From Perkinsus chesapeaki ATCC PRA-425 (Eukaryota > Protista > Perkinsozoa), in the NCBI GenBank assembly GCA_013115145.1, contig JAAPAO010000087.1, positions 1-64,000 on the forward strand: a stretch of DNA of 64,000 bases, given 5' to 3'. Numbering within the stretch: position 1 is the stretch's first letter; each line of letters opens with the position of its first letter. Under the pieces are notes generated by a model. It was not told the origin of the DNA. It was given only the letters and a program-made list of their open reading frames with translations, and made no database searches. The translations under genes were made by a program, and so were the position numbers. Below are positions 12,890 to 23,859 of this stretch, piece after piece.

Positions 12890-14320
12890 ATGGATACCCC
12901 TTGCACTACAATTAAGTCAAGCTATGGGTCATTTGATTTTAATAAATCATCTTGTGATATAACTAGAGCATCAGACAGCTACTACAGTGATGATGTGAAG
13001 TCCGAGACCGTGTCAGATAAGCCTGCCACTGGAAGTACCGACTTCCAAGCTGTTTTCAACACTGTAATGATAGCTGTTGGCATTGCCTTATTAGCGTTGG
13101 GTAAAACCACTGCCACTGTGGGGTATTTACCGGCTCTATTAATGCTTATATTCTGTGGCATTGTCGGTTACGTTATGATATATTTGCTTTATCGGTGTAC
13201 TGAAATGGCCCTAGAGCTTGGTGCTGACTCTATTACCAGTTACGAAGACATTGGTGCATTTGCCTTTGGTAAAATTGGCAAAATAATAGTCGCCATTGCC
13301 CTTCATGTTTCACTTATCGGTTCATCATGCGTTCTCATTTTATTGCTCGGGCAGAACTCCTATCACATCTATAATGGTATCAGTGTTACTTGGTGGATTA
13401 TTATATGGATGTTCATATTATTACCTGTTAACTGGTTAAAGACTATGCGTGAAATTGGCTACATTTCCAGCACTATCGGTGTGGTGTCGATCATCACAAC
13501 AATTATTGGTCTCTGCGTTGCTGGCTTCGTCGAGTTCGCCAAGAATCATGATAATGTTGACTACGAGTTGGCCGTTCCACAACCCCTTACGTTGATTGGT
13601 GCTTACACTACCTTTTCATTTTGTTTTTCTGTGACATGTGGTACTCCCACTGTCACCTACGATATGAAGAATCCAAGGCACAGCCCTAAGGTTTTCCTTT
13701 GGGCATGTGTCATTTTATTCTCCGTTTATCTCGTCGTTACCGTTCCCTCTTATCTCGGTTGGGGCCAGTCCTTACTGTGTTACGATAATGTCTCTGATGC
13801 CATGGATAGGGACGTGTGGGGCTATATATCGTTTGTTAGTATTGTCGTTCTGTGCGCCACCCACTACGCAGTGGTTCTACATCCATCATGTAGAGCTATT
13901 GAGGTCCTCTGTGGTTTAGAGGAGGGTTCCACACGAGCTGAGAAATGGGGTTATTGGCCGACACTGTTGGCCACTAGCGGGTTGCGCAGCACTCTCGTTG
14001 TGATCACAGCGATTGTTGCCATCACTGTCCCCAAGTTCTCATTTTTGGTCGATCTCAACTCGGCCATAACGTATTGTTTGCTGCAAATGATATTCCCTCC
14101 GGTCTTCTATATGAGGCTTCGAAGTATGGTTCATAAAAAGTATGGTAACGGTGACGAGATGGTCCGCTTTGGTGGCAATTTCGGCAGCTGGAGAAGTCGA
14201 GTTCGTACGATTACTCTCATTTGCCTGATGACCCTGTCGGTTGTTGCTTCTGGTATCACCATTTACAAGACTGTTACACCTAGTACTACTCCTCAAATGT
14301 GTGCATCGATCACACAGTAG
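12890..14320 (+). CDS. Amino-acid transporter, AAAP/Aa_trans family, intronless, about 476 aa
   Basis: Long ORF with about 11 hydrophobic helices and family-like motifs (AVFNTVMIAVGIALLAL, SYEDIGAFAFG, PTVTYDMKNP, YLGWG). First ATG at 12890; the ORF track start is a GTG. Confidence 0.9.
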   Translation: MDTPCTTIKSSYGSFDFNKSSCDITRASDSYYSDDVKSETVSDKPATGSTDFQAVFNTVMIAVGIALLALGKTTATVGYLPALLMLIFCGIVGYVMIYLLYRCTEMALELGADSITSYEDIGAFAFGKIGKIIVAIALHVSLIGSSCVLILLLGQNSYHIYNGISVTWWIIIWMFILLPVNWLKTMREIGYISSTIGVVSIITTIIGLCVAGFVEFAKNHDNVDYELAVPQPLTLIGAYTTFSFCFSVTCGTPTVTYDMKNPRHSPKVFLWACVILFSVYLVVTVPSYLGWGQSLLCYDNVSDAMDRDVWGYISFVSIVVLCATHYAVVLHPSCRAIEVLCGLEEGSTRAEKWGYWPTLLATSGLRSTLVVITAIVAITVPKFSFLVDLNSAITYCLLQMIFPPVFYMRLRSMVHKKYGNGDEMVRFGGNFGSWRSRVRTITLICLMTLSVVASGITIYKTVTPSTTPQMCASITQ

Positions 14321-14329
14321 TCGAGGGGC

Positions 14330-16150
14330 ACTTGTGTGCTGCTGTCTCCTGCTGATCTTATCTATTCGCTATCACCGATTGAAGTCCATCTTTGCTGCTA
14401 AAAGCGGGCTTGGATATCGCATGTATGATGAAGTGTACAGCTTCATTAAAGCTCATCATGATAATACTGTTATTGTGGTGGTGGTATGTGAATTATTGTT
14501 CAATACTTACTACCGTATCATTCATCTTTCGGGGGAGTCCCCTCCCCACACAAAAACTGTCCCGCGTCTTGCCAACATTCCCGCTGTGGTTCGGTAGGAA
14601 TAACAACGTGAATGAAGATGCTGGGAGCTGATAATTTAATTGTACTTGTCATCATCACCTATCTTCAAGTCCTGATCATTCAAGCTTCATTTGGTGGGCT
14701 CATCAACCACACCTGTAGAACAGATTCTGCGCGTGTTGCTTACTTTTGGAGCTTCTTTATCTTGGACATGCCCGCGGTTCCTTCCCCCTACTTGGCGGAA
14801 TCAATCGTTTTCGATGTTTCTCGTTGAAGCTTCTGGTAGTCTGTGTGGGCGCTCTTCGGGATGTTGTCACAACAATCTCCTATTGTAGCCGTATGGACTA
14901 CCTTTAATGATGCATTAACGGGACTAGTACTCTTATCAAGGCTTGATGGCTAGGGTCATGCCGTATCGATCATGGGTGATGATCGCTATTCGCTATATGA
15001 CCACATGTCATCTCGTCTTGGGGTGTAAATCCTCGTACTGTTTTCGGGTTGTCAACAAACGGCCTAGTCATCGGGACTTCCTTAGGCGGATGGAGTAAGC
15101 TCTTCAGCCTCTTTCCCAGCTTGGTAGTCCCTAGTAGAATATACAGCTACACTTGAGCATCTTGAAGCCTTGCTATCCGTTCGCAACTCGTGTGGCGGTA
15201 GCTTTCTGGTGCTGCTTGTGTTTGGCAGGTTCTTTAGTAACCGTGTTCTGTGGCCTGACTGTTCGTTGGCGATCTTTGTCTTATTGCTTACATATTCCTC
15301 TCCTACACTCATTTCGCAATGATTCAGTTGTCTTGTTTGTTCCGGGGTTCGTAGCACCTGAAGAAGAGGCTCGACCAAGCGTCACTTTATCGATCCATTT
15401 CTTTGGAGGTGGTTGTTCGAACTAATGCGAGAAGATCAGTCTGGGGCTGCGGCAGTCTTTTAAGATCTGTTTTGAGCCTCAGTTTAGGAGTGATGCAAAT
15501 GATGTACCTATGATTTTCCAGAGGAGTACAGACGACCAATAGTTCAATAACTTGTCGAATTGAAAGGACGGCTATCGAGTGAATTCCAGCTGGGCTCTTC
15601 AGTCGAGCGCAGCGACAGGGAAATGATTATTGCTTAGCCAATACCTCGGAACTTGCACTGGAAAATAAGGAAATGACAGTTCTTGCTCTGAGTTTTCGAA
15701 TGTGAGAAAGTGCCTCTTGCGAAGTAACTTCGGCGAAGTTGCTCTGAGCTTGAAATACTCTCGAAGATATTTAAAGAAATCTAAAGTGTCTCACTAACTT
15801 GATCCACTCTTAGTCGTGTGGCAGCGCGCGCTGGTCTGGGGATTACCGGAACGTGCTCTTCCTAGCTAAGGACCCTCTAGGCAGCCACATTGGGGCACCG
15901 CATGAATACCGGCAATACTGCATGAATTCAATTCGTCGCATTCTTCTGAGTTTCGAGCTTTAAGGGCCCTCTTGGTCTTGCGTTGAAAGTGAAACTAATG
16001 TGCAATAGTGCTCTAGTGGCATTAGCCAGTCCTTCGTAGATTACTAATTGTAATTTGCAACTTGCCAACCAAATGCCACACAGCCAGCAACACCAAACCT
16101 TGCGCCATTCACGAATTAAGTACGTCCTTAACAACTGCGGAAGCAAACCT
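14330..16150 (-). other. Possible unresolved spliced gene (hypothetical)
   Basis: Several gtaag donors and pyrimidine-ag acceptors flank open frames on the minus strand. No recognisable domain and no consistent model could be assembled. Confidence 0.25.
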
Positions 16151-16243
16151 TAGAACTGATTCCTTGCCTCGTTAACACGTGACCCGATGCATGAGAGTAT
16201 CATGACGAGACCAATAACTTTCAATCACGCTTTGGCAAGCATT

Positions 16244-16600
16244 TTATCCGGCTAATTGGAGACTGGAGGTGAAGATGCTCTCAGCAGTGTAGCCGTTGAG
16301 TAGATTGAAATCGCCATCCCCGTATGCCCTTGTTGACCGAATGAGCGCCGATCCCGAAAAGGGAAATACGTGACACGTCTGACTTTCCGACGTTAGACAT
16401 AGCATAGCGGAAACTGGTTTACACAAGACGAATGTGCGAAGACTGAAACAATAAAGGCATACGAGCGACAGTGGGTAAAAATGCCAGTGGCACCCATTGG
16501 GAGATTTATACTTTGACATAACGGGAATCATGACCGCATATCGTACTACGGTCTTAAAAACCAGACACTAAAGATTGTAGATATAGACAAATGGACGACC
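16244..16600 (-). pseudogene. Degenerate tandem paralogue fragment of the adjacent secreted protein
   Basis: KTVV..PNGC..LC..HVFPFSGSALI is collinear with KTVL..TGGC..LC..FFPFNATGHAYI of the 16695-17468 protein. The upstream frame is broken and there is no signal peptide. Confidence 0.35.
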
Positions 16601-16694
16601 TAGAGTTGGAGATCTGAGTGTGACATTTAGGTTCCTGAACCGTACTGTAAACATGGACTTCTAGGCTTGTATGAAGCCATTGGCCTTGATGATG

Positions 16695-17468
16695 CTAAGA
16701 AGGAGGCTTTATTTGGAAGGTCTTGTCGACGAATGTCTTATTAATAAACGTGACATGTCCCGGTCCAGGGTTGTAAATATCATAAGTAAACCCACTAAAC
16801 ACATGCCAAGTGAGCACTGAACCATTCACAGACGTAATGATATTGGTGAAGTTAGTCGTGACCTCAAGTTGCTTAGGGATTCCGCTGTGCCTGACGATCC
16901 TCACATTGAGCCCCACATCGAAGTGCGGATTGATATAGGCGTGCCCAGTAGCATTGAACGGGAAAAACGGCCAAGCTGTTCTTTTACCGTAGCTGTACAT
17001 ACCAGTATCACCGAACACAGTAAACTCGGCCGAGTAACCTTTGGTTGATGTATCATACTTGCCAGGGCCACCACCTGATGTACATAATTTGGTAGCAACT
17101 TGCAGCACGTTGGGAAACAAACCAGGTAAAACATCATAGTAGGCTGGCACCGCACAACCACCCGTTCGGATGTCGAGTCTCTTAGGCATCCCTCTGTTAA
17201 TAGTCGCATTGAAGCCCAACAAGACGGTCTTATTAGGTTCAAAGACATCAAATATGTAGGTATCAAAGTTTAGGACCCAATTGAGGCCGATGTCCAAAAC
17301 CCCAGTTGCACAGAATGACGAGTTAGGAGGCTTACGGGCCTTGGTGCAGTTTGGTGGGAACGAGAACGGTACAGGACCAGCCAACAATTGAAGAAGGCCT
17401 TTATCTGAAACGTCTCGGCTGTCACCAATCACACGCACTGCGAAGGCGATAATCACTAACAGTAGCAT
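16695..17468 (-). CDS. Secreted hypothetical protein, intronless, 257 aa, beta-rich
   Basis: Single ORF with signal peptide MLLLVIIAFAVRVIG, spaced cysteines and many NxS/T sequons. Confidence 0.8.
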   Translation of the reverse strand: MLLLVIIAFAVRVIGDSRDVSDKGLLQLLAGPVPFSFPPNCTKARKPPNSSFCATGVLDIGLNWVLNFDTYIFDVFEPNKTVLLGFNATINRGMPKRLDIRTGGCAVPAYYDVLPGLFPNVLQVATKLCTSGGGPGKYDTSTKGYSAEFTVFGDTGMYSYGKRTAWPFFPFNATGHAYINPHFDVGLNVRIVRHSGIPKQLEVTTNFTNIITSVNGSVLTWHVFSGFTYDIYNPGPGHVTFINKTFVDKTFQIKPPS

Positions 17469-17531
17469 GCTTCTCGCGAACAACTTGTTTATGCGTACGC
17501 AATTGTGAATTTTGGGCGAGTGCGACGAACG

Positions 17532-17563
17532 ACTCGAGTTCGATCCCGGGCGGCGTATTTTTT
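17532..17563 (+). pseudogene. tRNA 3'-half relic (B-box + oligo-T)
   Basis: GAGTTCGATCCCGGGCGGCGTATTTTTT resembles T-loop, 3' T-stem, acceptor-like strand and Pol III terminator. No intact 5' half. Confidence 0.4.
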
Positions 17564-17699
17564 GGGACAGTGGAAACTAGTTGAGGAAACTCAAGTCCTC
17601 TCAAGTGCGCAAGATATAGCCAGTCTTAGGCTGTGCGATCTTCGCTGACATCCAAGCACTTTTCAGCTATTACATTATTATATGTTGATTACGTTATGT

Positions 17700-20600
17700 T
17701 CCCTACTTGTATTGTTACTAGTGCATCTTATTGAGGTAGGAAGGCTACACCTCACCGTTGCTTATTGGTCGCCATCAGGCCTCGAACAATCCAGGGCTAA
17801 GGCAGGTGCATAGCGAAGCTGCAAAGGTAGTAGTAGTTTAAAGGGTAGGGTTTGATGAGGCTGTTAGGGAGCTGAGAAGGAGCATCCTACCGAACTAGAA
17901 TCCTTACTCGAGGAGTTCCAGCAGTGGGTCACACAGGAGGGTCCTGCGCTGCATAGAGGTAGAAGATATTGCTAGTCTTGTGTGCATGGAGCCGTGCTTT
18001 ATAGAAGGGAAGCTGCCATTGGGCATTCACTTGCTGCCGTTGATCGATCTTAAAGACCTTGAAGGGATAGGAGATCTGCCGTCCATACCAGAGACTTTTG
18101 AGCTGGCCCAGGCTGTACTACTGTTTGTTGGAATGTTGTGAATAATGTCTGCATTCAGGAGCCGGGCCAGAACGCAGCAGAGCCAGCGTCCTTCCTAGAG
18201 ACCGGCCGGGGGGATCAAGGCAACTTCTGGGAGTCGGTAGATCTTCCCCAAGATCTGATGGAAGAGGTCATGAGGAGGATGAAGCATCATAAACAGTAGT
18301 GGTGGCAAGGGGCGGCGGCGACCGACGGTGGTGGGTGTTTCAGCAGCCGGGGAGTACCGCACAAGAACCACGATAGAAAATGGCTTCGGCATGAACTCGG
18401 CCGTCTGGCAGCTGTAGTGGCTGCTGAGAAAGCTCGAGCACGGTCAACTAAAAGTAGGCTTCTGAGTTACTAAGTGGTAGATGGCTTTGTGATCAGGCCT
18501 GGTGCTCCGGGAACGGCCCAGTGGGGGAAGTTGGCCACCAGCTCCTCCCGATGCTCTACGCGATATCTTGGAACAGCCCAAGAAGGAGGATCGAGCTTGG
18601 AGAGAGTAGGCGGGATGTAGTGTAGGGCTTAATGATGTTGGTGGTGTAGCTTTATGGGGCCATGCTCGGGATTTGTGCCATATGCCAAGGCCGTTCTGGT
18701 CGGCCCTAAGATTGGCATCGATGAGTGTTGGCGGAGGTGCACGCAACAGTATTACTTTTGTACACAGGTGGTGACGGCGGTGTAAGTGACGGTAAGGTAT
18801 AATTGTCCTTCGTAGACACACTACTCAGCAGCGGGACAGACCTGCTACTTCGGTCACGGCCTCAGCTTGATGTCAGCAGATGGTGGGCCGTTGGCAGGGG
18901 CTATCGGGAGTAGTGGGCGGCGGGGGTAGCTGGGAGTAAGATAGCGTTGCTGTTAGGGTCGATGGACACTTGTCGGTCATTCACTGAACTTGGGGTGCGT
19001 GAAGTGAGGGCTGACAGGCTTCGGACAGATATGGTGGAGAATGTACCAGAGGATGACATTCCAAGCTTGTAATAGAGGGCGTGAAGGGTTCATGGGGAAT
19101 AATGTCGGTGGTGGTGGTGGCAGGTCTCCCTTTACTATGGTGCCGAGTAGCGGACGATATCTGTTGGTGCAACCTAATATAGGTGACCAAGGGGATGAGC
19201 AGCAGGGTAGGGTTGAATGGTCAGCACAGGGGAGTGATGCTTGGTTTACTTAGTTTTAATGGAGAAGGCGGACACCTTCCTACAGTGCCAGACTAACTGC
19301 TTGAGTATGGATTGGTGTACAGCAGCAGTGTGGATAGATCGAGCTAATGGGGAGCAGTAGGGGCCTGAGATGGGGCTGCTGCTGCTGGATGCTTGGGCTT
19401 TAGGAGCTTGTGTGGTAGAGGGAGTATGCTATTATCGACGAGTGTAGCCCAAAGGGCAACCTGTCCACGGGATAGCAGATGTATGGAAGTGTGCGGGGGA
19501 CAGGATTGTGTAAGTACAAGAGGAATGCCCGAGGTTGACGCCGCAGGGGTGCTTTTAGGTCCCATCGATACGCAACCCGTCGGGTATGTCAACGCTATCG
19601 TGGTCCTATCCAGGGGAGCCCATGGACTTCGTGGTCCGGCTGGTGTCTGGTAACTCTCGACAGGTAGGTTAGTGTATGAGCTTTATGGTTGAGAATCTGC
19701 TCGATGTTCTCAGTTAACTGCCAAATGCGCAGACTCGGACTGCTTGGATGGCATTAGGAAGTGTCAAGTTGCATGTAAGGCTGCCACATGCCTCAGCGGT
19801 TGGATAGAGGTAGTATCTGTTGGGCAGGGGAAAGTGGTGGGACCTTGTGGAGCCTCTTCAGATTGCCTCGGATAAATCTGAGTTGAAGTGTTCTATATCA
19901 ACCAGCAGCTTCCCTATTCCAGCTGCCTCCCTGGAGGCAAGGGCTGAGAGTAAAGGTAGTAGATGGGGGCTCTGAAAGTGCGGTCGCGGCCTCTTTGGAA
20001 TTCTTATATCAGGTGTAATCCAATCACCTGTCGAATGCCCTAAGTCCTCTCGTACTTGCCTTGTCTTTGCCTCTGACCACATGTTGGTTCCTCGTACTCT
20101 CCAGCAGAGCAGGCAGCAGCAGCATCATCAAGTAAGGCGCACACCCTCTCTGGGATCTGGTCTTATGTCGTTACAGGCCTGGCTGGAGCAGCGACCGGAG
20201 TCTGAGCACATGGTTATTGGAGGAGGAGGGGAAGGCATTGGAGGTAGTTTGCCGGGGAGAAGGGACTGCTGTTGATGGGTCGATGGCTTAGTGGTTGCGG
20301 GATGGGGGAGGTGCTCGCCCTTTCATGGCGGGCTGGCAGCTAGCCCGGACAGCAGTTTCGTGGCGAGTGACAGATGGGAGTGTTGGAGACTTTGTCGGGA
20401 AATGAATGGGGAATGCACTCAAGTAATACGAGGTGTATCTTTACGCACGCGGAAGAATTGGGATATGACAGGTGGAGTATCATAACCGGACGGGGGTATG
20501 TGTCCTTGGTAATGGCGTGGCATCGAAGGTTGATCGAACCAAGAATGGCAAGAAGTCGTCTTCGGCAGTGTAAGCGACAATGATTGCTACCAGTGGCCCC

Positions 20601-23460
20601 CAGCAGCGGCGTGCCCAGGTACTGTCATTCGATACGTAATGGTCCCTCGGCTACCCACGGACTACCGGGCATGATGGTGGTGAAGCACATTACGGGAGCT
20701 GAGTCGCCACAGCATTGGTTTCCAGGATATGGAGGTAGTTATGGTGGGGTCTGAGGGACGGTTCAGCAACGACATCACGGAGTAGGCTTTGTGCGGCTGG
20801 AGCGTTTGGGAATTTTTGGGTGAAAAATGCTTCGGCCGGGGATCGAACCTTGGATTTTCGTATGAGCAAAGCTCCCCCCTTAGCTACATCTTATTTGGTA
20901 AATTGCTTCGGTCGAAACAGTGGAGGGTCTGGCTTTTTGTTGTTTATTGAATTTGGCCTCCTCCCCTTCAGCAACCACTTTGGTAGCGACTTTAGAAGAA
21001 TGCCAAACACTGTGCGAAGGGGCATCGGACGAGGCGACCAACCCGCAGTGTCGGTGAGAATCCGAGGACCCGGACCCAGACTTGAAGGAGTGCTGTACCT
21101 AGATACGGAGGCTTCGAGTCGTGCCGTGCTGTAAGGGCAGCATGTCGAGAGGGCACAGGAACTGCGGAGGAGTGTAGTGTGTGTAAAACAGATGAGGGGG
21201 GAGTGTGCAGGTAGGGTCGAATGGGGGCAGGAGGTGGGGCAGAGGTGACATGTAGGATTGGATCGGAGAGCAGTTCGAGTGGTATGGGCAGTAAATGCTT
21301 GAGTGGCGCGTGTAAGTGGTATGAGAAGGGAGCTGTCGGATTCAGGGTCAAAGCTGCATCTGGTAGGTAGCAGTGGGCACGTTTGTGTGGCAAGGCTTTG
21401 TGTTAGACACGGCAAGGTATGTCGACCATCTACCTCTCACCAAGGACGGTTTGATATGCCCCAAGAAGGATCTTATCGATCGTGATGTGCTTGGACGGTA
21501 GGAGGGTATATGGGGTAGGAGGGGTGGATGGTGCTGCCTCTGCTGGTAGGTGTTATCATAACGTGGCGAGCATGTGGCATTGTCATGCCCTATGCGAGGC
21601 GGAGACAGGGAAGTGTATGGGAGGGTGAGGATGAAGGGGGAGACGGGGGCTAGAGTGATGGCAATGCCTGCTCTTAGGCTCTATGTGGACGGCGCTGATG
21701 GGGAGGCAACCATGGGCAAGCGCTGCTATTTGGCGACGTATTTGAGGTACCATGCGAGTGACTATGAAGATGCCCAGGCTCGACAGCTATGTGGGCTGGG
21801 CGGTTGTGCTGGCTTTACAAGGGATGGCATAGGGAAGGTAGGGAGGAGGAGGGGGGCATGCAGGTAGGTAGTGGTGTATAGTTACCGACGTTGAAGGCTA
21901 CGGGGAGCGAGGCAGCTGATAAGGCAGTGTCGATGTCACAGCAGGGAGCGGTAGTGAAGCCACTTCTAAGCCAGTCATTGGAGTGCAGGAGGGAGGTCAG
22001 GTTAATATGACGGGGGTATGCAATGAGTTCAGCGAGCTGGAGAAGACCGTAATGGAGGGATCCCCGGCTGATTTTGCGTATAACCCGGAGTACGCTTGCA
22101 CAGTGCGGTAGGAGGGATTGGTGGGTGATGACTGATTGGCATGCAGGCTTCATTCAGATGTCTAACGATGCTCCAATGCATGTCATTTAAGGTGGAGGGG
22201 TATCCTGAGGATCAATGTGACCTTCACACTCATCGCCCTAATGTGTCTGCGGGCTGCGAGACTCTCACTTGCCGTTTCAGCAGCACCTTAGCGAGCAAGG
22301 TAGTAGTTTCGGGAGCTGCGCTCGGGGGCTGAAGGTGGTTGGGTGTAGGCAATAAGGGCAGAGATACGACCGGGGGAGTATGCCAAAAACGCTATATGTG
22401 TGTCGAGGGGAGTTGATTCGGTGGTGGCTATGTCAACGGACTCGGGAGTTCACGATGGCCTGCCGGGATTCTATACCGTAAATGCTATGGCAAGGAAGTG
22501 AGCTGGAATATTTGAGATGAGTTGTCTAAGGGTCCCTTGGGTGGCAGGTTCCGCTGGAGTGATGTTATGAATAGGAAGCGCCTTATACTTACACCGCATC
22601 TTGAGGGGTGCCAATCACTGTGTCGTGGGCGTAAGGGATGCAAGACAGGCACGTGGCAGGTAGGCGGTCTCATTGGTCAGTTGGCTGCTACTGAGGAGCC
22701 AATGTTGCTTAGTCCTGTCGAGCGTTGAAGGAAGTGTGCCAAGGAGGGCAGTTGAAGGATATCGAAATGAATAGGACATGCGAGTGAGTGGTGCAGATGA
22801 TAGTGTTATCATGCGTCATTTCCCTTTCTTATCAGAGCATGTACTGGTATAGTAGTGAGTGAGGACAGGGCGCCTGAAGACTATCCAAGCAACATAGGAG
22901 TTTGCAAACTATGTAGGACCACACCGCCGTCTGGATTGGTGGTATCATTTTCCTTTATCTCAGCTTCTAGTATCTCCCACGCTATGTTCAGCTGTGGCGC
23001 TGGTAAAGATGGTCGGGCAGCTGGATGCTACTCCTTTGAAAAAGGCCGTAACAACTTCCTTATTATGAGCTCCTATGGGTCACCCTTTATTGAAGAAGGT
23101 TAGTCGGAGGCTCTAGGCCAGGTGATAGAGGACATCTCAGATGCTTCCATGAGAGCCAATACAAGTCTGATAGTGTTTGAAGGGGAGAAGGGGGGATATG
23201 GGAAGATACTGGACCTCGACACCTGCCAGTATTACTGCGATAAGGATCCACTGTGCACGTAAGGGCAGGGGCTTACACAGCGGTGTTATGTATGAAGTGG
23301 ATAGGTATGGTCACTTTGCTCCTCGAGGGATAGGGTTCGGGGACTGTTTTTTGACCCACAGTACTGACTTGGATGAATCAGATGACACCACTATAGAGGA
23401 CAGGCCAGTGCTGAAGCCAAAGGGATGGAAGATTAGGTAGGTCGCTAAGCTTGGAGGCTT
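17700..23460 (-). mobile_element. Decayed tyrosine-recombinase retrotransposon (YR, then RT, then RNase H); boundaries approximate
   Basis: Strong G-rich plus / C-rich minus skew and stop-riddled frames. YR relics: AFNVGNYT about 21898-21875; (P)SYR 21506-21495 followed exactly 20 codons later by GRW 21434-21426. RT relics: TDI(S)SAxRH 19164-19141 (frameshifted), YYKLGMSSSG 19074-19045, VND 18984-18976. RNase H relics: DANLRADQNGLGIW 18719-18678, LLVDRARAFSAA about 18460-18420, DPPGR 18216-18202. Confidence 0.65.
20823..20886 (-). pseudogene. tRNA-derived segment (Met-like CAT loop) inside the retroelement
   Basis: Minus strand reads TAGCTAAGGGGGGAGC (D-arm/A-box-like), CTCATAC loop, GGTTCGATCCCCGG (T-arm/B-box), CCGAAGC-A, TTTTT. 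The 5' acceptor strand is missing and stems are mismatched. Confidence 0.6.
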
Positions 23461-23859
23461 TTACTGTTGTATTTGCTGATATGGTTTAGGAAGTGCGATG
23501 GAGTGTGTGTGGTGTTCAAGAAGGTTATACCACAAGATGAGGTCAGCTGCTGCTGCTGCTGCTGTTGTGGTATGGTTCATTCGTCTATTGTAGGGCAAGG
23601 TCATAGCGGATAGGATAGGGGACGTTATAGACATGGAGGACCCGGAGGTGCAGCCTGATGTGGGCAGAATAAAGCAGGAAGAAGATGATGATGCATGACA
23701 CAAGTGTGCTGCCGGTGCAGCAGAAGCAACATGAGTACTTGTTGTTAACGCAGTGCTTGTGTGTTGAGTGTTGAGGGGGTGAGTCGGTGTTGGTTTGATG
23801 AGCTCCTCGAAACAGTTCGTTAAAAACGATCGGATTTTTTCTATAAAATACCTTCCAAA

